This document shows positions 1 to 9,732 of a stretch of 64,000 nucleotides of DNA, in pieces. This DNA is from an uncultured Actinomycetes bacterium (GTDB taxonomy: Bacteria; Actinomycetota; Thermoleophilia; Gaiellales; Gaiellaceae), in NCBI GenBank assembly GCA_963708685.1, contig CAVPTP010000012.1, positions 650-64,649 of the forward strand, given 5' to 3'. The first letter of the stretch is position 1; the number at the start of each line of letters is the position of its first letter. The notes beneath the pieces are model-generated. The model was not told the origin of the DNA. It made no database searches and was given only the letters and a program-made list of their open reading frames with translations. A program made the position numbers and the translations under genes.

Positions 1-1
1 G

Positions 2-591
2 ACCCTGCTCGACCTCGACCACGGCACGTATCCGTTCGTCACGTCGTCGAACCCGGTCGCTTCCGGTGCGGCGACGGGCATCGGGATCGGCCCGAACCGG
101 CTCGAGGAGATCGTCGGCGTGGCGAAGGCCTACGTCACGCGCGTCGGCGAGGGGCCATTCCCCAGCGAGATCGCGTCGCCGTGCAGGAGAAGGTGCGCAA
201 GCTCGGCGGCGAGTTCGGAACGGTGACCGGACGCGAGCGTCGCTGCGGGTGGCTCGACCTCGTCGCGCTGCGTTATGCGGTGCGGCTGAACGGCATCACG
301 TCGCTCGCACTGACGAAGCTGGACGTCCTCTCGACGTTTTCGGAGATTCCCGTGTGCGTGCGCTACCTGCTTCCGGACGGAACCGAGACGCCGCACTTTC
401 CGGCGCACCAGTCGGACTTCCATCATTGCCGGCCGGTGTTCGAGACGCTCGACGGCTGGCAGCAGCCGCTCGACGACGAGCTGCCGGACGCGGCACGTGC
501 TTACGTCGAGTTCGTCGAGGGCGAGCTCGAGGTGCCGGTCCGCCTTGTCGGCACCGGCGCCGAGCGCGAGCGCGTCCTGGCGCGGTCATAG
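2..591 (+). pseudogene. purA: adenylosuccinate synthetase, C-terminal part (5' end outside window); one frame break near 179-181
   Basis: Frame 2 from nt 2 reads [17 protein letters not shown]...[18 protein letters not shown]. Frame 1 from 181 continues [26 protein letters not shown]... to TAG 589-591. Both segments are PurA hallmark sequences. Confidence 0.85.
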
Positions 592-619
592 CCGCAGCAG
601 GCGCTCGTTTCGTTCTTCG

Positions 620-934
620 TCAGGCGTTCGGAACCGGGTCGTCGGCTTCGAGCTCGTCCGGCATCAGCAGCTCGTAAGCCGCTACGTACCCGTTGATCGC
701 GGCGGCGAGATCGCCGGGATCCCCGTCGCGCTCGTAGGCCCGCTCGAGCTCCCGCGCGGCGTCGAACTCCTTGCGCGGCTCCTCTGCCGCCTCGGCCGGA
801 TCGCGCTGGGCGAGCATCTCCTCGATGAGTCGGCCCATCTCGGCAACCGCATCGGCCGGCGACTCCTCCACGACCTCGAGCAGCTGCTCCCAACGTGTTT
901 CCCAGACGTGGAGGTCGAGGCCCGGCTCCTGCAT
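620..934 (-). CDS. hypothetical small acidic protein (104 aa)
   Basis: ATG at 934 (alternative GTG at 949). Third-codon-position GC is very high across the ORF. The overlapping + strand frame (N-terminal extension of the purD ORF) looks like antisense junk. I recognise no family. Confidence 0.55.
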   Translation of the reverse strand: MQEPGLDLHVWETRWEQLLEVVEESPADAVAEMGRLIEEMLAQRDPAEAAEEPRKEFDAARELERAYERDGDPGDLAAAINGYVAAYELLMPDELEADDPVPNA

Positions 935-976
935 GACCCATTCCTGCACGTCGTGGCGCCGTGTCAAACTCCGCGC

Positions 977-2185
977 GTGAACGTGCTCCTGGTCGGGTCG
1001 GGCGGGCGCGAGCATGCGCTTGCCTGGAGGCTCGCGCAGGACTCGCAGCCCGTCGACCTCCACTGCGCGCCGGGCAATCCGGGCATCGCGCGGCACGCCC
1101 GTTGCCATCCCGTTCGCGCCGAGGACGCGGAGGGCATCCTCGCGCTCGCGCGAGAGCTGAACGTCGAGCTCGTCGTGATCGGTCCAGAAGCACCGCTGGT
1201 CAACGGCCTGGCAGACGCGCTGCGCAAGAACGGGATCGCGGTCTTCGGGCCGAGCAGAGCTGCAGCCGCGATCGAAGGCTCGAAGAGCTTCGCCAAGGAC
1301 GTCATGCGCGCGGCCGCCGTTCCGACGGCCCGGACGGTGCCGATTGCGCGCGTGCCATGCGTGATCAAGGTCGACGGGCTCGCCGCGGGCAAGGGCGTCT
1401 TCGTCTGCACGACACAGGCCGAACTCGATGACGCGCTTCGAGCCGCAGCCGCCTTCGAGCAGCCGCTCGTAATCGAGGAGCTCCTCGAAGGAACCGAGGT
1501 ATCGGTGTTCGCGCTCTGCGACGGCGTCAACGCAATTCCGCTGCCGTCGGCGCAGGACTACAAGCGCGCGTTCGACGGCGACGAAGGCCCGAACACCGGC
1601 GGCATGGGCTCGTTCTCGCCGGCTCCCGACATCGACGTCGACGAGCTCGTGGAGTCGATCCACCGGCCGGTGCTCGCGGAGCTCGCACGACGCGACGCGC
1701 CCTTCGTCGGCGTGCTCTTCGCCGGTGTGATGCTCACGGAGACCGGTCCGCGCGTGCTCGAGTTCAACTGCCGATTCGGCGACCCGGAGACGCAGTCTCT
1801 GCTGCCCCGCATCGAGGGGGCCCTCGTCGACGCGCTCGCAGCCGCCGCGGCCGGCGACGCACGCGGCGTCGACCTCGCGGTCTCGGACGACGTGGCCGTG
1901 ACCGTCGTGATCGCGGCGGGTGGCTATCCCGACCGGAGCGACCAGGGCTCTCCGATCGAGGGCATCGAGGACGCCGAGGCGACGGGCGCGCTCGTCTTCC
2001 ACGCAGGGACAGCGTTGCACGGCGATCGCGTCGTCACGAACGGCGGCCGCGTTCTCGCCGTCACCGGCCTCGGCTCCACGCTCGAACGCGCGCGGACCCA
2101 GGCGTACGAGGCAGCCGGCCGCATCTCGTTCGCAGGCTCGCGCTACCGAAGCGACATCGGGAACGAGGCCGCGGTTGCCCGTTGA
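977..2185 (+). CDS. purD: phosphoribosylamine-glycine ligase
   Basis: VNVLLVGSGGREHALAWRL..., ATP-grasp core KVDGLAAGKGV, GPNTGGMGSF, EFNCRFGDPE. GTG 977 is the first start preceding the conserved N-terminus; the ORF-track start at 497 is upstream junk. Confidence 0.92.
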   Translation: MNVLLVGSGGREHALAWRLAQDSQPVDLHCAPGNPGIARHARCHPVRAEDAEGILALARELNVELVVIGPEAPLVNGLADALRKNGIAVFGPSRAAAAIEGSKSFAKDVMRAAAVPTARTVPIARVPCVIKVDGLAAGKGVFVCTTQAELDDALRAAAAFEQPLVIEELLEGTEVSVFALCDGVNAIPLPSAQDYKRAFDGDEGPNTGGMGSFSPAPDIDVDELVESIHRPVLAELARRDAPFVGVLFAGVMLTETGPRVLEFNCRFGDPETQSLLPRIEGALVDALAAAAAGDARGVDLAVSDDVAVTVVIAAGGYPDRSDQGSPIEGIEDAEATGALVFHAGTALHGDRVVTNGGRVLAVTGLGSTLERARTQAYEAAGRISFAGSRYRSDIGNEAAVAR

Positions 2186-2591
2186 CGCGCCGCTCGTCGG
2201 CATCCTCGTCGGCTCGGAATCGGACCGCGAGCGCATGCAGGGCGCGCTCGACGAGCTGGACAAGCGCGGAATCGCCCACGAGTTCGACGTCCGGTCGGCG
2301 CACCGCCAGCCGGAGGAAGTCGCCGAGTACTGCAAGACGGCGCGGGATCGAGGCCTCAAGGTGCTGATCTGCGGCGCCGGTCTCTCCGCTGCGCTCCCGG
2401 GCGTGGCGGCCGCGCACACGGACCTGCCGGTGATCGGCGTGCCGCTTCGCTCGTCGCTGTCGGTTCTGGACGGGCTCGACGCGCTGCTCGCCATCGCGCA
2501 GATGCCGCCGGGCGTGCCGGTGGCGGCGGTCGGCGTCGACAACGCGCGGAACGCAGCAGTGCTCGCGGCACGCATCCTCGGCGTTGCCTGA
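2175..2591 (+). CDS. purE: N5-carboxyaminoimidazole ribonucleotide mutase (PurE family)
   Basis: VGILVGSESDRERM...SAHRQPEEV...GAGLSAALPGVAAAHTDLPVIGVP...MPPGVPVAAVG. TTG 2175 overlaps the purD stop. No purK is adjacent. Confidence 0.88.
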   Translation: MPVDAPLVGILVGSESDRERMQGALDELDKRGIAHEFDVRSAHRQPEEVAEYCKTARDRGLKVLICGAGLSAALPGVAAAHTDLPVIGVPLRSSLSVLDGLDALLAIAQMPPGVPVAAVGVDNARNAAVLAARILGVA

Positions 2592-3672
2592 CACCGCACT
2601 CGCGGACCTCGCGGCACAACTGGTCGCCATCGACTCGGTGAACCCGGGCCTGATCGCGGGAGCCGCCGGCGAGCGGGAGCTGGCGTTGTTCGTCCGCGCC
2701 TGGTGCGAGGAGCGCGGCCTCGAGGTCGAGCTCCTCCCGCCGGAGGACCGGCCGAGCGTGATCGCCGTCGCGCGCGGAAGCGGCGGAGGCCGCTCCCTGC
2801 TGCTGAACGCCCACCTCGACACCGTCGGAGTCGTGGGGATGGACGCGCCCCACGAGCCGCGGATCGACGGCGGTCGCCTCTACGGCCGCGGCGCTTACGA
2901 CATGAAAGGCGCGCTCGCGGCGATCCTCGACGCCGCGGCGCGCGTATCCGGACTGCGCGGCGACGTGATCGTGACGGCCGTCGCCGACGAGGAGCTGGCG
3001 TCGATCGGGACCGAAGCCGCGCTCGAACGCGTTCGCGCGGACGCGGCGATCGTCGTCGAGCCGACAGAGCTCAGGCTCGCGGTCGCCCACAAGGGCTTCG
3101 TGGGCTTCGAGCTCGAGACACACGGGGTCGCCGCTCATGGATCGAGGCCGCACCTCGGAGTGGACGCGATCGCCAAGATGGGACCGGTGCTCGTCGCGCT
3201 GAAGGCGCTCGACGAGCGGGTTCAGTCGGGACGGAGCCATCCGCTAGTGGGCCCGGGGTCGCTGCACGCGTCGCTGATCGAGGGCGGCCACGAATTCTCG
3301 AGCTACCCGGCGCGCTGCCTCCTGACCGGTGAGCGGCGCACGATTCCCGGCGAGACGGTGGAGCAGGTCGCGGCGGAGCTGCGCTCGATCGCCGGCGAGG
3401 CCGAGCTCCGGCTGACCGTCAGCCGCGAGCCGTTCGAGGCGCCGCCGACCGATCCGTTCGTGCAGCTCGTGGCAAGGGTCACGGGTGAGACCGAGCCCGT
3501 CGGCGTCTCGTTCTGGGCCGACTCCGGCCTCATCGCGGCGGCCGGAATTCCGACGGTGCTCTACGGACCGATCGGCGAGGGCGCGCACGCAGACGTCGAG
3601 TGGGTCGACCTCGCATCGCTCGAGCGGGTGCGGGACGTCGCGCTCGCGACTGCCGTCGAGTGGTGCGGCTAG
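2584..3672 (+). CDS. M20 family metallopeptidase (ArgE/DapE-like deacylase)
   Basis: LLLNAHLDTVG, YGRGAYDMKG, ADEE, and GPIGEGAHADVEWV at the C-terminus. TTG start overlaps the purE stop. Confidence 0.85.
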   Translation: MPDTALADLAAQLVAIDSVNPGLIAGAAGERELALFVRAWCEERGLEVELLPPEDRPSVIAVARGSGGGRSLLLNAHLDTVGVVGMDAPHEPRIDGGRLYGRGAYDMKGALAAILDAAARVSGLRGDVIVTAVADEELASIGTEAALERVRADAAIVVEPTELRLAVAHKGFVGFELETHGVAAHGSRPHLGVDAIAKMGPVLVALKALDERVQSGRSHPLVGPGSLHASLIEGGHEFSSYPARCLLTGERRTIPGETVEQVAAELRSIAGEAELRLTVSREPFEAPPTDPFVQLVARVTGETEPVGVSFWADSGLIAAAGIPTVLYGPIGEGAHADVEWVDLASLERVRDVALATAVEWCG

Positions 3673-3682
3673 ACTCGATCCA

Positions 3683-4993
3683 GTGATCGCCCGCTACTCG
3701 CGACCGGCCATGACAGCGATCTGGTCGGACGAGAGCAAGCTCGCGCGCTGGCTGGACGTGGAGCTGGCGGCGCTCGAAGGTTGGGCCGAGGTGGGTGCGG
3801 TCCCGCCGGACGCGGTGCGCGAGATCAGGGAGCGAGCCGCCCCGCCGTCGCCCGCGCGCGTCGCCGAGCTCGAAGCGCGCCTGCACCACGACACGGCCGC
3901 ATTCGTCGACGCCGTCTCCGAACAGCTCGGGCCCGAGGGCCGCTGGTTCCACTACGGCCTCACGTCGTCGGACGTCGTCGACACAGCGCTCGCGCTCCAG
4001 ATCCAGGACGCCGGGGCGCTGATCCTCGAAGGCGTCGAGCGCGCGCTCGCCGCGGTCGTCGCGCGCGCGGAGGAGCACAGGCTGACCCTCTGCATCGGCC
4101 GCACGCACGGCGTCCACGCCGAGCCGACGACGTTCGGGCTGAAGCTCGCGGTCTGGGCGTTCGAGCTCGACCGCGCGAGGACTCGCGTGGCGCGCGCGCT
4201 CGAGGGAATGCGCGTCGGCAAGCTCTCGGGCGCCGTCGGCCAGTACGCCGCGATCGACCCCGAGGTGGAGCGAATCGCCTGCGAGCGGCTCGGGCTCGAG
4301 CCGGCTGCCGCGTCGACGCAGATCCTTCAGCGCGACCGGCACGCGGAATTGCTTGCCGCGCTCGCCGTCCTCGCATCGTCGCTCGACAAGTTCGCGCTCG
4401 AGATCCGCCACCTTGCGCGCACGGAGGTGCGCGAGATCGAGGAGCCGTTCGGCAAGGGACAGAAAGGGTCGTCGGCGATGCCGCACAAGCGAAACCCGGT
4501 GGTTGCCGAACGCATCTGCGGGCTCGCGCGCGTCGTCCGCGCGGCCGCCCTCGTCGGGCTCGAGAACGTCGCCCTCTGGCACGAGCGGGACATCTCGCAC
4601 TCGTCTGCCGAGCGTGTCGTGATCCCGGACGCCTTCCTCGCGCTCGATTACATGCTCGACCGCTTCGCGTGGCTCGCCGGCGGAATGGTCGTGCGCCCCG
4701 AGAGGATGCGCCGGAACCTCGAGTCGAGCCACGGGCTCTACTTCTCGCAGCGGCTGCTGCTCGGGCTCGTCGAGTCCGGGCTCGACCGTGACGAGGCATA
4801 CCGCCTGGTGCAGGGCCACGCGATGCGCGCGTGGCAGGAGGAGCAGGATTTTCGAGCGCTCGCGCGCGGCGATGTCGAGATTGCCGGTCGCGTCGATCTC
4901 GATGCCGTCTTCGACGAGAGCGCCTACACGCGTCACGTCGACGTGATCTTCGATCGTCTCCACAACCTCGTAAAGGAGCCCGTGCATGCCTGA
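3683..4993 (+). CDS. purB: adenylosuccinate lyase
   Basis: [50 protein letters not shown] signature. GTG 3683. Confidence 0.93.
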   Translation: MIARYSRPAMTAIWSDESKLARWLDVELAALEGWAEVGAVPPDAVREIRERAAPPSPARVAELEARLHHDTAAFVDAVSEQLGPEGRWFHYGLTSSDVVDTALALQIQDAGALILEGVERALAAVVARAEEHRLTLCIGRTHGVHAEPTTFGLKLAVWAFELDRARTRVARALEGMRVGKLSGAVGQYAAIDPEVERIACERLGLEPAAASTQILQRDRHAELLAALAVLASSLDKFALEIRHLARTEVREIEEPFGKGQKGSSAMPHKRNPVVAERICGLARVVRAAALVGLENVALWHERDISHSSAERVVIPDAFLALDYMLDRFAWLAGGMVVRPERMRRNLESSHGLYFSQRLLLGLVESGLDRDEAYRLVQGHAMRAWQEEQDFRALARGDVEIAGRVDLDAVFDESAYTRHVDVIFDRLHNLVKEPVHA

Positions 4994-5847
4994 GGTCGCC
5001 CACGTCGCGAGCGGGAAAGTCCGCGAGATCTACGCGCTCGACGACGAGCGCCTGCTGCTCGTCGCGACCGACCGCATCTCGACCTTCGACGTCGTCCTGC
5101 CTACCGCCATTCCCGACAAGGGTCGCGTGCTCACCGGCCTCTCCGGGTTCTGGTTCGCGCGGACGAGGCACATCGTTCGCGAATCACCTGCTCGCGCTGC
5201 GCGACGACGGCCGCTCGACAGAGTGCAAGCGTCTCGAGATGCTGCCGATCGAGTGCGTCGTCCGGGGCTACATCACGGGGTCCGGCTGGAAGGACTACCG
5301 GGCGTCGGGCGAGGTCTGCGGGCACCGCCTGCCCGACGGCCTGAGCGAGTCCGACCGGCTGCCCGAGCCGATCTTCACTCCCGCCACGAAGGCGCACACC
5401 GGACACGACGAGAACATCACGCGCGCCGACGCCGCCGACCTCGTCGGGCGAGAGCGATTCGACGAGGTCGAGCGAATCGCTCTCGAGCTGTACCGGTTCG
5501 GATCGGCGCACGCGGAGGCGCGCGGGATCATCCTCGCCGACACGAAGTTCGAACTCGGCGTCGACGAGGATGGGGAGCTCGTGCTTGCGGACGAGGCCTT
5601 GACTCCGGACTCGTCGCGCTTCTGGCCCGCGGACGGCTATGTGCCCGGTAGATCGCAGGCGTCGTTCGACAAGCAGTTCGTCCGCGACTACTGCGAATCG
5701 GTCGGCTGGGACAAGACCGATCCCGGGCCGGAGCTTCCGGCGGACGTCGTCACGGAGACTCGCGCCAAGTACGTCGAGGCGTTCGAGCGGCTGACGGGCA
5801 TGCCGTTCGACGCTTACCTGGCCGACCCGCAGGTCGTGCTCGCGTGA
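4986..5847 (+). pseudogene. purC: SAICAR synthetase; one frame break near 5170-5176
   Basis: Frame 0: [48 protein letters not shown]. Frame 1 continues ANHLLAL...[20 protein letters not shown]...[10 protein letters not shown]...DKQFVRDY. Confidence 0.88.
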
Positions 5848-6083
5848 GGGCGACGGTGCTCGTCCGTCCGAAGGACGGGATCCTGGATCCGCAGGGCCAG
5901 GCCGTCGAACAGTCGCTGCGCAAGCTCGGCTTCACGGTCGAGCAGGCGCGCGTCGGCCGCGTCGTGGACCTCGACGTGGACGCGTCGTCGCCGGCCGAAG
6001 CGCGGGAGCGGGTCGACGAGATGTGCAAGCAGCTTCTGGCCAACCCGCTCATCGAGGCCTACGAAGTCGAGGTGCATGAATGA
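5844..6083 (+). CDS. purS: FGAM synthase subunit PurS
   Basis: 79 aa, VLVRPKDGILDPQGQAVEQSLRKLGF. GTGA overlap with purC and ATGA overlap with purQ. Confidence 0.9.
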   Translation: MRATVLVRPKDGILDPQGQAVEQSLRKLGFTVEQARVGRVVDLDVDASSPAEARERVDEMCKQLLANPLIEAYEVEVHE

Positions 6084-6778
6084 ACGCGAAGGTCGCAGTC
6101 GTCCAGTTCCCGGGCTCGAACGACGACCGCGACGCCGTGTGGGCGCTGAACGCTCTCGGCGCCGACGCATCGCTCGCCTGGCATGCGCGAACCGAGCTGC
6201 CCGAAAGAACCGGAGCGGTCGTGCTTCCGGGCGGCTTCTCGTACGGCGACTATCTCCGTTGCGGCGCGATCGCGCGCTTCGCGCCGATCATGGAGGCGGT
6301 CACGAGGTTCGCCGCGGAAGGCGGGCTGGTACTGGGCATCTGCAACGGCTTCCAGATCCTTTGCGAGGCCGGGCTGCTTCCGGGTGTGTTGCGGCCGAAC
6401 GCGTCGCTGTCGTTCATCTGCCGGGACGTCTCGTTGCGCGTGGAGCGCAACGACACCGCGCTGACGTCACGCTGCGAGCCCGGGCAGAGCCTCGTCGTCC
6501 CGATCAAGCATCACGACGGCGCGTGGTTCGCGCCGCCCGAGCTCGTCGCGGAGCTCGAGGCAACGGGCCAGATCCTGCTCCGCTACGAGGACAACCCGAA
6601 CGGCGCGACCGCGGACGTCGCAGGCGTGATGAACGAGCGCGGGAACGTCCTCGGGCTGATGCCGCACCCCGAGCACGCGGTCGATCCTCTGCTCGGGTCG
6701 GGCGACGGAGCGCTCATCCTCGCGTCGCTGCTCGACGCGGTCGGCGAGCGAGCTTCATGCGCCCTCGCGCTCGCGTAG
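6080..6778 (+). CDS. purQ: FGAM synthase glutaminase subunit PurQ
   Basis: VVQFPGSNDDRD, GGFSYGDYLR, GICNGFQIL (catalytic Cys), MPHPE. Confidence 0.92.
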   Translation: MNAKVAVVQFPGSNDDRDAVWALNALGADASLAWHARTELPERTGAVVLPGGFSYGDYLRCGAIARFAPIMEAVTRFAAEGGLVLGICNGFQILCEAGLLPGVLRPNASLSFICRDVSLRVERNDTALTSRCEPGQSLVVPIKHHDGAWFAPPELVAELEATGQILLRYEDNPNGATADVAGVMNERGNVLGLMPHPEHAVDPLLGSGDGALILASLLDAVGERASCALALA

Positions 6779-6898
6779 CTTCCGACGCGCGTACTCCCAC
6801 ATCTCCTTGTGCCGCCGGTCGAGCCTCTCCTGCTGCTCCGGCGTCGGCTTCCAGATCTTCATTTTGTACCGGAACGGCTTCGCCTCGAAGTTCGTCAC
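6755..6898 (-). CDS. hypothetical small basic protein (47 aa); third gene of a coupled small-ORF trio
   Basis: Below the ORF-track size cutoff. GTG 6898 overlaps the stop of the upstream ORF (GTGA). Reads VTNFEAKPFRYKMKIWKPTPEQQERLDRRHKEMWEYARRKLREREGA with high GC3. Its 3' end overlaps the convergent purQ 3' end by 24 nt. Confidence 0.4.
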   Translation of the reverse strand: MTNFEAKPFRYKMKIWKPTPEQQERLDRRHKEMWEYARRKLREREGA

Positions 6899-7110
6899 GC
6901 TTGTCTCCCCAGCTCGATCTCCAGCTTCAGTATGCAGGACGGAGGAACCGTGACACGCGCGACGACGACCCCCGAGGCAGCATCGCGCGGCTCGAAGCGG
7001 ACGAAGTCGAGAGTCACGTACTCGACGTCGCCGAAGACATCGACGTCGTTCGCCCAGACGCCTCCGCGAAGCGCGGCCGGAACGTCGATGTCGCGCTCGG
7101 GCTCGCTCAC
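6895..7110 (-). CDS. DUF3467-like small protein (71 aa)
   Basis: GGVWANDVDVFGDVEYVTLDFVRF...VVARVTVPPSCILKL resembles the DUF3467 pattern (YAN..v.....EF.LDF ... vv.Rv.m.p..ak.l). This match is from memory, not a search. 4-nt overlaps on both sides. Confidence 0.55.
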   Translation of the reverse strand: MSEPERDIDVPAALRGGVWANDVDVFGDVEYVTLDFVRFEPRDAASGVVVARVTVPPSCILKLEIELGRQA

Positions 7111-7367
7111 ACGCCGGCGAGATCGAGCACCGCGGCGAGCTTCGGCGTCTTCTTCAGCGCCGTCCGCAAACGCTCCAGATCCGCACGCCGAAGCGTGACC
7201 GGGCCGCGACGCGCGACGCCGTCCGTCGCGTACGCGAAACGGACGAGCAGGTTGCCCTTCTCGTCCTCGAGCAACTGGACGAGCGTCTCGAACTGCTTTC
7301 CGTTCGCGCGCTGCTTGAGCGTCACCTCCTCGGTGAGCTCCGCCTTGCCGAACGCCGTCGTGACCAT
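7107..7367 (-). CDS. hypothetical protein (86 aa); first gene of the small-ORF trio
   Basis: High GC3 throughout. Reads MVTTAFGKAELTEEVTLKQRANGKQFETLVQLLEDEKGNLLVRFAYATDGVARRGPVTLRRADLERLRTALKK. No family recognised. Confidence 0.5.
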   Translation of the reverse strand: MVTTAFGKAELTEEVTLKQRANGKQFETLVQLLEDEKGNLLVRFAYATDGVARRGPVTLRRADLERLRTALKKTPKLAAVLDLAGV

Positions 7368-7403
7368 GTGCGCGACGCTACCGCGCGCAGGCGCACGCGT
7401 CTG

Positions 7404-8319
7404 TCAGGACTTCGTGCCGAAAGCGTGCGGCGGCGGCAGCGGCGACGGCTGGACGTCGCGCGGCAGGTCCGGCTGATTGAACTCGCTCGGCGCCACGTCG
7501 TTCGGCATGTCCGGATGGAACAGCGACGCGAGCTCCTGGATCTGCGTCCGCCCGATCCCGAGCTCGAACTGCCCGCCGCCGTACATGGCGACGCCGCGCT
7601 CATCGCACCACTCGTAGAACTCGAACAGGCGCCGCACCGTGCCGAAGCGCGACGGCTTCACGTTGAGGCAGCGCGGCGGGAACGGCAGCGCCTCGGCGTC
7701 GGCAACCGAGTGGATCGGCGCGTCCCAGGTGACGCGGCCGCGGTGCGGCCGCAGCACCTCGTCCGTCGCGTCGTCGAGCCCCGGATCCTCGAGCCACGCC
7801 TCCGGAAACGCTTCGGCGATCCGCCGGTAGAGCTGCGGGTTCGGAGGCTGGCCGAACGAGCCTCGGAAGACGCCCTTGAAGTCGGCGGTGTCGACGCGAC
7901 CGCCCTCCGCGAGTCGGTCGATCGTGTCGTCGCTCCAGTCGGGATCCGGATCGAGCTTGAACCGCGCGTCGGGGTAGAGCTCGAGCACCGGCCAGACTTT
8001 GTTCACGCGGGTCGAGATGACGTAGGTGAGCTGACCACGGCTCCCGGCCGACGAGGTCGCCGAGGCGCGCACCCGCCTGCGCGATTGCCAGGTCGAGAGC
8101 GGCGCTCTCCCATGCCCAGCGCCGGTAGTCGTACGCGGCATGATCCTCTGGCTCGACCTCGAAGAAGCGGAAGCCGTCGAGGGACTCCGAGAAGGAGCCG
8201 AGCGTCCAACGTCCCGCGACCTCGGGGACGGGAAACGGATCGTGCAGGTCGGGCTGGTACGTGACGTCCTCGCCGAGTCCCTCCGCACCGCCTCCGCGCA
8301 GGTGCACGGTCGTCGTCAC
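7404..8319 (-). pseudogene. enolase-superfamily enzyme (MR/MLE/OSBS-like); frame break near 8040, 5' end unresolved
   Basis: C-terminal frame: FKLDPDPDW..., LNVKPSRFGTVRRLFEFYEWCDERGVAMYGGGQFELGIGRTQIQELASL. N-terminal frame: VHLRGGGAEGLGEDVTY...ALDLAIAQAG. The N-terminal-like sequence continues to about 8400 with no ATG/GTG/TTG. Confidence 0.7.
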
Positions 8320-8410
8320 GCGCCGAAACTCCGGCGATACCGCGAGCTCCTTCTGCTCGAGCTCGACGCCGTCGATCTCGACGTCGAGCTCGCTCAGCGA
8401 GCGGGCGTAG

Positions 8411-9343
8411 CTACCCGCGCGCCCAGTCAGCCTCGTCGCCGCCGTCCTTGGTGAGCTGCGTCCGGTTCTTGCCGTTGATCGAGGCCGTCCAGAGGTCGCC
8501 GCCGGACGTGTAGACGATCTGCTTGCCGTTCGGCGAGACCGCGGGGTTCTCGGTGCCGCCGCCGATCGTCGGATCCTCCGGGTCGGGGGATTCCTGGAAC
8601 AGGCGCTTCTTCCCGTGGCCGTTCGGGTTGACCTGCCAGATCCCCTCCGAATCGCCGACGTCGGAGGCGAAGATCAGTCGCTGCCCGTTCGGCGTGTAGG
8701 CGGCGTTACGATCGACGTCGGAGCCGTCGTTGAGGATCCGCTCGACCGACGTCCCCGTCGCGTTGACCGACCACAGGCTGACGATGCCGTCGGCGTTCGT
8801 CCGCTGGAAGACGATCTTCTTCCCGTTCGGCGCCCACGTCGGCCGCGAGTCGACCGCGCCCGCGACGCGCGGCGTCAAGACTCTCAGGTTCTGGTTGTTC
8901 GATCCGATCACCGCGATCTGCGAGCTCGTGCAGTCGCCGGTCTCCGCGTCGGTCGCGATGCACCGACCGAAGGCGATCTGCGTGCTGTTCGGCGACCACG
9001 TCGGCGCCGAGTTCTCGAATCCTCCGGCGGCCAGCGCATGCGTGCCGCTGCCGTCCTTGTTCATGAGATCGAGGTGAAAGCCCTGATTGCCGACGTTGCT
9101 CAGGAACGCGATCTGGTTGCCGTTCGGCGAGACCGCGGGCTCCGTCTCGTCGGAGTCCGGCGTGTTGGTGAGTGCCCGGAGGTTGTTGCCGCTCGCGTCG
9201 ATCACGAAGATCTCGCTGCTCTCGGACTCCTCGCTGAAGTTCTCGAAGTAGATCGCTCCGTTCGTCCCCGGAGTGACTCCCCGGGCGGCGCCGGCGGCAA
9301 GCGCAGCGACGACGAGGACGGCAAGTATCAGTGTGACGCGCAT
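8411..9343 (-). CDS. secreted TolB-like beta-propeller (PD40 repeat) protein
   Basis: Signal peptide MRVTLILAVLVVAALAAGAARG. Repeated P.WSPNG..IAF / P.VSPNG..I units. Confidence 0.85.
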   Translation of the reverse strand: MRVTLILAVLVVAALAAGAARGVTPGTNGAIYFENFSEESESSEIFVIDASGNNLRALTNTPDSDETEPAVSPNGNQIAFLSNVGNQGFHLDLMNKDGSGTHALAAGGFENSAPTWSPNSTQIAFGRCIATDAETGDCTSSQIAVIGSNNQNLRVLTPRVAGAVDSRPTWAPNGKKIVFQRTNADGIVSLWSVNATGTSVERILNDGSDVDRNAAYTPNGQRLIFASDVGDSEGIWQVNPNGHGKKRLFQESPDPEDPTIGGGTENPAVSPNGKQIVYTSGGDLWTASINGKNRTQLTKDGGDEADWARG

Positions 9344-9377
9344 CGAGTGAGACCCCTCTCCCGCAACTTTCCGCGAC

Positions 9378-9713
9378 TCAGTCCGCGCGCACTGTAGCGA
9401 TTTCCCGGAGAAACGACCCGCCGCCCAGCACGCGTTCGGCCCTGTCGCCGACGCGCTCGCGAAGCGCTCGATCGGAGGTGGCGAGCCAGAACGGGCCGGG
9501 AAGCTCCGCGATCACGTCGTCGGCCGAGCGCGAGCCCGAGCCGAGCAGGTCGGGCTCGTCCTGCGGTGGAGCACCATCGAAGACGACGAGCAGTTCGAAG
9601 CCTTCGCGCTCCGCCCACGCGCGCGTCAGCGCGACCAGCTCCTCCTTCGAGCGATTCGGCCACGCCGACCGCCGGACGTTCTCCGCGTCGACGACGATCC
9701 GGCGCCTGCTCAC
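9378..9713 (-). CDS. NYN/YacP-like (PIN-fold) domain protein
   Basis: VSRRRIVVDAENVRRSAWPN...LLVVFDGAPP...GSRSADDVI...WLATSDRALRERV. GTG 9713; the ORF-track start at 9866 is upstream junk. Confidence 0.65.
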   Translation of the reverse strand: MSRRRIVVDAENVRRSAWPNRSKEELVALTRAWAEREGFELLVVFDGAPPQDEPDLLGSGSRSADDVIAELPGPFWLATSDRALRERVGDRAERVLGGGSFLREIATVRAD

Positions 9714-9732
9714 CCGCGTAGCATTGCTGCCG

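Noticed and set aside
620-2617. 665-aa minus-strand ORF antisense to purD/purE. Similar long antisense or off-frame ORFs include 3530-4987(-), 3960-5171(-), 11895-13853(-), 13883-15295(-), 30317-32275(-), 41491-43227(-), 46174-48198(-) and 27746-29914(+).
   Set aside because: Their translations are Arg/Ala/Pro-rich with no motifs. They overlap genes with strong homology-like signatures on the other strand or frame. Stop-poor shadow frames are expected at about 70% GC. Only the last 104 codons of 620-2617 (620-934) look coding.
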